50,655 bases of DNA from a virus (Duplodnaviria; Caudoviricetes): positions 1-50,655 of IMG/VR virus record IMGVR_UViG_3300008255_000016; one strand, given 5' to 3'. Shown one piece after another: positions 26,509-33,650 of this stretch. How positions within the stretch are numbered: position 1 is the stretch's first letter; each line of letters opens with the position of its first letter. The notes under the pieces were generated by a model. That model searched no databases and was not told where the DNA came from. It saw nothing but the letters and a program-made list of their open reading frames with translations. The position numbers were made by a program, and so were the translations under genes.

Positions 26509-28020
26509 TTAGACCCCTGCCAGTTCACGCTTGGCTGCGCGGTTGATGATGGTTGCTAGGAGATTCGGATAGCGAGCGGCGTTCTCCGATACGAAGGCGT
26601 TGTAATCTGGACCCGAGGGCAGCAGACCACGCGTGGCGCAGTTCTTGCAGTAGAACATCATGCTCTCGACCGCCTCCAGGTTCGCAAAGAACCCGGCCTC
26701 CGCGATGGTGCCACGGAAGATGCGGAACTCGATAGTCTTGTTCGTGACGTTGACCGCCGTGTACTTCGTCGGTGACATCTCGCGCATACCAGAATCCAGG
26801 TCGGCAAAGTGTTGGGTCGGTGTCCCGCGCGGGTTTGCCCACTGGATCAGTTTGCTCTCCTCGCGCCTCGATAGGCTCAGGATCAGCGATGGGTTCATCT
26901 GCACGAACCGAAGCAGCACCTCGAGAGTACCATGCAGGAACGGTCGCTTGGTCACATGGACATGCATGCCACAGGTCGGGGCATCGTAGGACTTGTGCCC
27001 GGTCTCCCGCATCTTGGCGAGAACGGTCTTGAGCATGCCTGAACCTGCATCGCTCCGCATCCAATCCGATGAGAACGGATGGCTCACGTACTCGACACCG
27101 TGCTCCAATGATCCATCGTGCTTGGCGTAGAACAGATCGGGCGCGGTCTGCAATACCTCGTATGCCCGCTCAGATTCCTTGATGCCGCGAGGAAGCTCAG
27201 TTTCGATCTCGACACCCATGCACCACTCGTCCATGTTGAGCACCGGGACACGACCGCGTGTCGTGAAGAACGTCGGTCGCGGCTTGTGGCTGTAGCTCTG
27301 GATGCAGCGATCACGCACACACCCCGGGCAGGTGCCATTGCGCACCTCACCACGGCGCACCGCCCGATCACAGGTCGGGCATATCTCCATCCTGGCCTCG
27401 AAGCAGCGCGGGCACATGGGTGCGACACCCGGGGCTGCACGCATGTCCTCCCACATGATGTGGGTGTGGCACTCCGGGCACTCGCGCTCATCGAACTGAC
27501 GACACACCGGGCAGACCAGACCTCCATGCACCATGGTCAGCATGGTCGGGTCGCTGACCTGGGCACCACAACGACTGCACTCGGGCAGCAGCGCGCGGTC
27601 AGGTTCGTCGATCTCCTGGAATCCGGTGAGGCTCATCACTCGATTGCGTGTGAGCATCGCCTGTGGATCGCGCGCTAGTGCTTCCCGAGTTGCGAACCCG
27701 AAGGTGAAGCCCTGGCGTGACTGGATGCGACCGATGTCCGCCAGTCTGGTCAGCGAGTTTCGGACGCGCGAGAAGTCCACATCCCTCGGCGGTTCGATCA
27801 CCCGCTGCGCCTTGCGCGGACGGCTGGTGTCGAGCACTACCTTGGAGAGTTGGAGAGCGAGTTCGACTTGCGCTTGCGGTGGCAGAGCCTCCGCGACATC
27901 GGGCGAGAACTCATAGCCCGCAGGTTCGTGGATCGTGGGCGTGCGCGTGTTAGCCGCCGCGCGCTCCATCAGACGCCGCCAGATGGCGCGTCGATCTAGG
28001 GTGGGAGGGGATTCGGGCAT
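26509..28020 (-). CDS. Putative amidoligase (COOH-NH2 ligase, Amidoligase_2-like) with N-terminal Zn ribbons
   Basis: GVEIE, KHDGSL..GVEYVS, CGMHVHV, KYTAVN and TIEFRIFRGT; six CxxC pairs upstream. Confidence 0.88.
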   Translation of the reverse strand: MPESPPTLDRRAIWRRLMERAAANTRTPTIHEPAGYEFSPDVAEALPPQAQVELALQLSKVVLDTSRPRKAQRVIEPPRDVDFSRVRNSLTRLADIGRIQSRQGFTFGFATREALARDPQAMLTRNRVMSLTGFQEIDEPDRALLPECSRCGAQVSDPTMLTMVHGGLVCPVCRQFDERECPECHTHIMWEDMRAAPGVAPMCPRCFEARMEICPTCDRAVRRGEVRNGTCPGCVRDRCIQSYSHKPRPTFFTTRGRVPVLNMDEWCMGVEIETELPRGIKESERAYEVLQTAPDLFYAKHDGSLEHGVEYVSHPFSSDWMRSDAGSGMLKTVLAKMRETGHKSYDAPTCGMHVHVTKRPFLHGTLEVLLRFVQMNPSLILSLSRREESKLIQWANPRGTPTQHFADLDSGMREMSPTKYTAVNVTNKTIEFRIFRGTIAEAGFFANLEAVESMMFYCKNCATRGLLPSGPDYNAFVSENAARYPNLLATIINRAAKRELAGV

Positions 28021-28134
28021 AGTGTTCCTACTCGGTGCCGGGGATGCGAGTCAACCTGCGCGTGTCGCAGGTGAGTCGTTTCGGTCACGCAATGATCCCC
28101 GAGATTGCTCTCGGGGATCCCTGCGTAATCGGAA

Positions 28135-28458
28135 CTAGCGTTCCGTGTCACCCTCGGGCGGCGGTTCAGTGGCCACCCCAGCGACACCCATATCCAGCGC
28201 CTCGCGTGAGGCATCCGGGGGGTTGAAGCTGGCGGGCTTGTTGATCCGCACACCATCCCGATCCCGGGTGACAGCGTTGTCTATCGCTTCGCCCAGGGTC
28301 GGGTGTTCGCGGCGGTCGATGGCACGACCGTTCGCAAAAATCGAGGTGAAGAACTTGGACGCCTGTGTGGAGTCCATGAAGCGTTCGATGATAACGACCG
28401 GACCTTTGACGACATCAGTCGCAAGGTCCCGGCGTGTGGGGTAGAGGAGAATGGGCAT
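28135..28458 (-). CDS. Hypothetical protein
   Basis: AGGAACACAC-ATG start. Confidence 0.6.
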   Translation of the reverse strand: MPILLYPTRRDLATDVVKGPVVIIERFMDSTQASKFFTSIFANGRAIDRREHPTLGEAIDNAVTRDRDGVRINKPASFNPPDASREALDMGVAGVATEPPPEGDTER

Positions 28459-28531
28459 GTGTGTTCCTGTGTGTTGATGTGTGAACACAGGCGAGTCACA
28501 ACGGATGTTGCGACTCGCCGTGTGAGATCCG

Positions 28532-29098
28532 TTAGACCGCGAGACCCAGCTTGGCCAGCAAGGCGTCGGGCTTGGCTGCCCTCTCGGCCAAGGCGGCTTC
28601 GACCATGGCGAACCACGCTTCGACCTCCTCGGTCGTGGCGAAGTGCCACGAGTCCCGGTAGGTGAACGGGGCATAATTCCCGTTCTCCAGCTCACCAGTT
28701 CCACGATTGAACTTGAGGCAGACATCCTGCTCAGCCAGGGCAATGACACATTCACCAATCGGGTAGTTGTGGCTGCTGACATCACGGGTCATCACAACGA
28801 ACTCACCGGCCTTGTGGACGAACCCCGGGGCTCCGGCGCGGCGGATGCCCACCTTCTCCAGCACCGCGTTCTGCGCGGTGGCACCCAGGCCCGAGAACTC
28901 GCCCAGGATCGCGGCGATACCCTTGAGATGGCCCTCTGCGAAGTGGGCCTTGGCGGTGGTCAGGGCGCGTTCGAGATTGCGCATCTCGGGGCTGAACTCG
29001 ACGATGGTTGCCTCGACCGGCACGGCGCGGGCGGCGATGCAGGCAAGGGCGTTGGTCTTGAGAGCGGCGAGGCGCTCGGGGGTGATGCGGAACGACAT
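28532..29098 (-). CDS. Hypothetical protein
   Basis: GGAG RBS before ATG 29098; phage-typical codon bias. Confidence 0.65.
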   Translation of the reverse strand: MSFRITPERLAALKTNALACIAARAVPVEATIVEFSPEMRNLERALTTAKAHFAEGHLKGIAAILGEFSGLGATAQNAVLEKVGIRRAGAPGFVHKAGEFVVMTRDVSSHNYPIGECVIALAEQDVCLKFNRGTGELENGNYAPFTYRDSWHFATTEEVEAWFAMVEAALAERAAKPDALLAKLGLAV

Positions 29099-29211
29099 GG
29101 GATACTCCACGGAGGCCGTGTGGGTTGATTGCTTACTCTGCGACATGCAGAGCTTGCAGTTGGCCATCCATGATGCCTAGGATGCGGACACATCCTAGGA
29201 CACATGGAAAG

Positions 29212-29667
29212 TCAAGCGGCTTGCTTGGTATTCAGGTACTCAGACATGATGGATGCATATGTTGCGCGATCAGGAACCAACAGTTTCGGCTGATGCAACC
29301 GGACCAACACTAGCTCGACATCCTGGCCAATGTGTGGGAGTGAGAGCGGGGTTGGTCGCCAGTTGCGAAACGAGTTCGCGCAGGCGTGTCGTGGAAGCTG
29401 CATCGACAGCCCCATCACGACATCGTGTGCGAGCATCCATTGCGATTGGAACATCGCCATGCGCTGCGTGATTGGATGATGCGGATGCGCGAGGCGATAG
29501 GGCTGACCATCGGCCCGCAGCATCGTGGTGCTGCCCGTGCGGAGAATCTCGGTTGCTGCGAGCAGTTGGCAGCCTTCGAGCAGTTGCTTGCGTGCTCTGA
29601 TCGGATCGAGAGCCATGAACAGTTCAGCAGACCGCACCGGGTCTTGGTCAATGAGAAACAGATTCAT
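29212..29667 (-). CDS. Pyrimidine-dimer DNA glycosylase/endonuclease V-like protein
   Basis: MNLFLIDQDP..SA.....KQLLEGCQLL......YRLAHPHHP matches the DenV-like MNIF.LD.DP...K..LE..Q.L...Y...H..HP pattern. Confidence 0.7.
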   Translation of the reverse strand: MNLFLIDQDPVRSAELFMALDPIRARKQLLEGCQLLAATEILRTGSTTMLRADGQPYRLAHPHHPITQRMAMFQSQWMLAHDVVMGLSMQLPRHACANSFRNWRPTPLSLPHIGQDVELVLVRLHQPKLLVPDRATYASIMSEYLNTKQAA

Positions 29668-29849
29668 ACTGGTCCGGGGTGTTGGGTTGGTTGTGGTGGC
29701 CGCTCATCGTGCGTTGGGCGTACCGTCTTGATCGCCCGGGTGACGACTGCCGGAGAGCAGTTGAATCTCCGGCAGATGGTGGCGACATCGCAAGCAGTGT
29801 GGAAGTAGAACCACGATATGCTGTGAATGGTTTCGTCAGAATACTTCAT
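29664..29849 (-). CDS. Small helix-turn-helix protein
   Basis: DVATICRRFNCSPAVVTRAIK HTH pattern. Confidence 0.55.
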   Translation of the reverse strand: MKYSDETIHSISWFYFHTACDVATICRRFNCSPAVVTRAIKTVRPTHDERPPQPTQHPGPV

Positions 29850-30019
29850 CGCTTGCACCATGTCTGGTTGGTGATGATGCGGCCAAGAGCTATCGCTGAG
29901 GCCCACAGCGGAGGGTTGTGGAGCGACGCGGCTCGCATCTTGTCTTGGAGCGCGATCAGTTCGGCTTGCAGCTTCACCATTCCACGCTTGGGCTTCCATC
30001 GCTTGATGCGACGTTTCAT
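29846..30019 (-). CDS. Small basic protein (57 aa, not in ORF track)
   Basis: ATGA overlaps at both ends; MKRRIKRWKPKRGMVKLQAEL... Confidence 0.5.
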   Translation of the reverse strand: MKRRIKRWKPKRGMVKLQAELIALQDKMRAASLHNPPLWASAIALGRIITNQTWCKR

Positions 30020-30264
30020 GGATGCCCCAGTCGAGCCTGCACCGCTGCGAGTGCTTGCTCCCGGAGCGCGTTCAACCGCGCCCGCTTTCTGGCCTGCGCG
30101 GCTCTGCGCTTGGCAAGATGCTTGATCGCCACCTGCACGAGTCGATCTAACAGATCGAGGTCGATGCGGTTGAGCGTGATGCGGTTGCGGGTGTTGATGG
30201 CGGTCCAGAACTTGATGGCAAGCTGGATACTCGCCGCATGCCGATTCATCCTAGGGTGTGGCAT
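30016..30264 (-). CDS. Hypothetical basic protein
   Basis: Coupled in the minus-strand operon. Confidence 0.5.
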   Translation of the reverse strand: MPHPRMNRHAASIQLAIKFWTAINTRNRITLNRIDLDLLDRLVQVAIKHLAKRRAAQARKRARLNALREQALAAVQARLGHP

Positions 30265-30265
30265 G

Positions 30266-30577
30266 TCAGTTCCGTTCCGGGGTGGTCTCTGTCTCGACCT
30301 TCCCTTCTGCGAGTTCAGCCTTGAAGCCGTGCAGGCTCGCAATGGCCTTATCGACCTGCTCTGAGGGGGTCTTGTCCTTGTCCACCATGGCAAAGACCAT
30401 GGCCGGTGCGCGATCCTTACGGGGCGCGACGGCGATGGCGAGCAGATCCTTGCCTGGGGTGTCTTGAGCTTTCATCGTGAGCGAGGCAATCCTCATCACG
30501 GTGTCTGCGAGGGTTTCGTTGGTCATGCACAGGTGCATGGCTATGAGCCTGGGGTCGGGGCGTGGTTCAGTACTCAT
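30266..30577 (-). CDS. Hypothetical protein
   Basis: 103-aa ORF in the operon. Confidence 0.55.
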   Translation of the reverse strand: MSTEPRPDPRLIAMHLCMTNETLADTVMRIASLTMKAQDTPGKDLLAIAVAPRKDRAPAMVFAMVDKDKTPSEQVDKAIASLHGFKAELAEGKVETETTPERN

Positions 30578-30731
30578 CGTATGCCTTCGGGTTGCGGATG
30601 GTGCCTAGACCTTTGCAGGCTGGGCATCTCCAGTGGTCATCACCGCCGCCCGAACCTCCACAGTCCGGGCAGTCGATGTGAGAGGGTTCTGGTTCGGTTT
30701 CGGTCTCAGGTTCATCCTCATCGGGGATCAT
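30567..30731 (-). CDS. DnaJ-type zinc-finger microprotein (54 aa, not in ORF track)
   Basis: GGAGGAG RBS; MIPDEDEPETETEPEPSHIDCPDCGGSGGGDDHWRCPACKGLGTIRNPKAYDEY has two CxxCxGxG motifs. Confidence 0.7.
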   Translation of the reverse strand: MIPDEDEPETETEPEPSHIDCPDCGGSGGGDDHWRCPACKGLGTIRNPKAYDEY

Positions 30732-30888
30732 CGTCGGCTCCTCCAAGTGGAATGATGAAGGTGAGATTCAAGATGCCGAGCATGCCTCCCATGAGGAAGC
30801 ACAGGAAGGCAAGCGATTGAATCGGGGTGAGCAAGCCTGCGACACAGCACAGGATTGCGATGAGGTTGAAGACGCGCGCTGGTGTCAT
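30718..30888 (-). CDS. Two-TM membrane microprotein
   Basis: MTPARVFNLIAILCCVAGLL...LAFLCFLMGGMLGILNLTFII. Confidence 0.55.
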   Translation of the reverse strand: MTPARVFNLIAILCCVAGLLTPIQSLAFLCFLMGGMLGILNLTFIIPLGGADDDPR

Positions 30889-31115
30889 GGCTTGACCTTG
30901 TAGGTGAGGAATCGCCAGTTGTTCTGGCGACAGAAATCTTTTGCATCCTCGTGGCGCTTCCACGGATCCGTGCCTAGGACCGGCGGGAAGGCAGCTTCGA
31001 TCTTCTGATCGGCGCGGCGCACGATGATGAGTTGCTCAACCCTGAATGGTGAGAGCATGATGTGATGGGTTATCGGGGATGTGGGATTCAGGGGAGTTGA
31101 TGGGAGAGCGGTCAT
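30885..31115 (-). CDS. Hypothetical protein
   Basis: TAGGAACACACCA-ATG start. Confidence 0.55.
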   Translation of the reverse strand: MTALPSTPLNPTSPITHHIMLSPFRVEQLIIVRRADQKIEAAFPPVLGTDPWKRHEDAKDFCRQNNWRFLTYKVKP

Positions 31116-31212
31116 TGGTGTGTTCCTACAGGGATATGTGTGGACACAAGGCCGGACACATCAGTCCAAGTGAAATTGCACATACGGAGAGGCGTGACAT
31201 GCGCCTATGTAT

Positions 31213-31644
31213 CTATGTGTAGAACCCGGTGCGTGGCGGATCCATCCCGGCGCGGATGGGGGCATAATAGGCGTCCCCCTTCTCCTGCTTTCCTGGGCTG
31301 AATACGGGCCGGATCCGCTGCCACTCCTCCCAGGTCGGCTCCCGGTGATCCGACTCCAGGAAAACGCCTGGAAAGCTCATCAGTGAGCGAATCGGGGGTG
31401 TTGGGATCTGGAGCAGGTATTCGAGAGCTTCGTTCCGGGCCAAGCCCAAGGCCGCAGCCCGGTCGAACGCGGTGCGCGGTGTGTACCCAGGGCATGCGGC
31501 CTCGGCTGTGGGCAGAAAGTGGAGAGGAGAACGGGCGAAAGTCAGCCGCTTCCCATATCCAACCTGTCCGTCAAAGGTCCGGACGACCAGGATCGGAGTG
31601 CGGGCGATGTGGAAGCCTCCAAGCTGGTAGCATGGAATATGCAT
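31213..31644 (-). CDS. Hypothetical protein
   Basis: GGGAG RBS before ATG 31644; downstream of the TTGACA palindrome. Confidence 0.55.
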   Translation of the reverse strand: MHIPCYQLGGFHIARTPILVVRTFDGQVGYGKRLTFARSPLHFLPTAEAACPGYTPRTAFDRAAALGLARNEALEYLLQIPTPPIRSLMSFPGVFLESDHREPTWEEWQRIRPVFSPGKQEKGDAYYAPIRAGMDPPRTGFYT

Positions 31645-31802
31645 GGTTGCTCCCAGTCTTGGGAGGGTACTTGACATGGAATCGTGTCAAGTTCAGGCTG
31701 TAGGGGTGGTCCGCCCATACGTGGCATGGATGTCGGTTTCGGGGGTGTTTCGCGCTGTAAGTCTATACACCACAAGGGATCAAGTGGGTTGGTATGGCTC
31801 TA

Positions 31803-31903
31803 GTATGGATGCGCCACAGCGGAGAGAGAAGAGAGAGAGGGAGAGCGCACTTTCTTTCTTATATTTATACTTCTCTCGCTCTCTCTATAGATAGTATCCA
31901 TAC
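31803..31903. other. AT-rich core flanked by nested inverted repeats (candidate replication origin)
   Basis: GTATGGAT/ATCCATAC and AGAGAGAGGGAGAG/CTCTCGCTCTCTCT arms around TTTCTTTCTTATATTTATACTT. Confidence 0.45.
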
Positions 31904-31928
31904 CATTGAAAAGTGAGTTTTCCACAGA

Positions 31929-32114
31929 CTAAGTGCTTGCCAGATCAGGAGTTAGGTGCAACGGTATGGCTGATCTACGGGTCCGTATGAACCGTATTGT
32001 GGAAAACTTAGGGGTAAAGAGTGCGCGCTTGCACCCGGAACAAACACACAGCCCCGGCAAGGCCGGGGCTGCGGAACAGAGGCAACACTTCACTACCACG
32101 CGGGGTCGAGTCAT
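31929..32114 (-). CDS. Possible small Cys-rich protein
   Basis: ATGA-coupled; CCLC...CVCSGC; contains a terminator-like hairpin, so the call is uncertain. Confidence 0.35.
   Translation of the reverse strand: MTRPRVVVKCCLCSAAPALPGLCVCSGCKRALFTPKFSTIRFIRTRRSAIPLHLTPDLAST
32039..32071 (-). terminator. Putative intrinsic terminator
   Basis: 10-bp stem CAGCCCCGGC/GCCGGGGCTG followed on the minus strand by TGTGTTTGTT. Confidence 0.45.
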
Positions 32115-32248
32115 GCGCCCTCCCCAAGCCACTCGGGCGCAGTCCAGAGCCGGAGAGCCGCGCGGTCGATGGGGTGGAAGATCCACTCGGAATGCTGATC
32201 CGCTGCGCAGCGGACAGTGAGGGATAGGATGCGGAGCTTGCGGTCCAT
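32111..32248 (-). CDS. Hypothetical microprotein (45 aa)
   Basis: AAAGGATCGACC-ATG, similar to the RBS of the upstream gene. Confidence 0.45.
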   Translation of the reverse strand: MDRKLRILSLTVRCAADQHSEWIFHPIDRAALRLWTAPEWLGEGA

Positions 32249-32317
32249 GGTCGATCCTTTCAGGGTCGAGGGGTGGAGGATCCGCCCAGGCTCGCGCCTG
32301 GGCAGCACCTTCACTCC

Positions 32318-33022
32318 TCAGACCTGGGCAATGGCCGGGACCACTGCGGCTGGTTGCGCCTTGGCCGCCATCGTGGCCAGGATCGCGCCAATCGCTTCAT
32401 CCGGCAGACCCATGGCCTTGAGCAAGGTTGCGACTTGTGTCGGGTCGGCAGTCAGGAGCGCGGCTGCATGCGCCTCCAGACGCTTGCCTGGAGCCTTGGC
32501 AGCCTTCTCCGGGTTGATCGACGCAAAGGCGACCGACTGCGCCCGCGCAGCATCCCACGCGACCCGGAGCATGTGCAACGTGTCCAGGAGCGCGAGAGCC
32601 TTGGCACCGTCGGCATGCTCATGGCGCGCGGTGAGGAGCACGGGACGCTGCGCATCCGGGGTCGCTTTCGGGATGGACACGGCCAGCGCGCGACCATCTA
32701 CGCCAGTTTGCCCGGCCTTCACTTTCGGAATGTCGATGCGCTGCGCGTTGGTCGCAACGGCCAGCGTCCGGGCATTGTGCGAGACTGCCGACAACTGGAC
32801 GGACGCTTCCCGGATGGCCGTCAGGGGGTCCGCCCCGCTGGCCATGTAATTCCGGAGGAATGCGGCCTCCGCTTTCGTGATGAGGAGCGGCGCGGCAGTC
32901 TGCCGGGCACGGGCGGCGCGGGATGCTAGACCGATGAAGGCGGCAGACTGCGCGACTGCGGCAGCCTGATCCTTACCGACTAGGCTGGACAGGGAGGGGG
33001 ACAGGGTACGGGGGACGCTCAT
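32318..33022 (-). CDS. First early gene, Ala-rich hypothetical protein
   Basis: AAAGGATCACGCC-ATG; 234 aa. Confidence 0.65.
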   Translation of the reverse strand: MSVPRTLSPSLSSLVGKDQAAAVAQSAAFIGLASRAARARQTAAPLLITKAEAAFLRNYMASGADPLTAIREASVQLSAVSHNARTLAVATNAQRIDIPKVKAGQTGVDGRALAVSIPKATPDAQRPVLLTARHEHADGAKALALLDTLHMLRVAWDAARAQSVAFASINPEKAAKAPGKRLEAHAAALLTADPTQVATLLKAMGLPDEAIGAILATMAAKAQPAAVVPAIAQV

Positions 33023-33305
33023 GGCGTGATCCTTTCGAGGCGGGGTTGTGTGCCTCTACCCTATGCACACACAGACACATGACGGGGACACATGATGCGG
33101 GTCGAGCGCGGACGACAAGCACCCACGATGAGGGGTCGGGGGAGGGGCATCCACTTTATCCGGGCGCACGGAGGCCGGGACTCCGGTAATGGGTCCCCAG
33201 GAAAAAACCGTAGTGAAAACCTGAAAGGTATGTGCATGTATGTACATATCATCTTTCTCGTCCCTCCAGTTGTGCCAATCCCGCACCACGCTACCATACA
33301 TGCAC

Positions 33306-33650
33306 ATGCCACGCATCCCGGTTCGATACGCCCAGCGCATGCCCTCCATCGCAGCCGAGCTGCGAGCGCAGCTCGATCTCACCACCTACGTGCGACTTCT
33401 GCACGAAGCTGCGATGACAGGTCAGCTCCCGATCTACCACGTTTCCGGGCGACCGACCGGAAACTTCATGGCCTTGAACGCTGACCAGCGCATCGAACTC
33501 ATGCGGTTCTTCATCAACAAAGTCGTTCCGGATCCTCCGCGCGAAACCCACATCACGAACGTCACCCCGGATCAGATCGCACACGATCCATCCTCGGTCG
33601 TCGAGATGTCCACCGCTGAGCTGCTACGGATCGTCAATGAACCTACTTGA
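33306..33650 (+). CDS. Putative terminase small subunit
   Basis: Overlaps the TerL start; C-terminal EMSTAELLRI is typical of TerS; start codon uncertain. Confidence 0.55.
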   Translation: MPRIPVRYAQRMPSIAAELRAQLDLTTYVRLLHEAAMTGQLPIYHVSGRPTGNFMALNADQRIELMRFFINKVVPDPPRETHITNVTPDQIAHDPSSVVEMSTAELLRIVNEPT

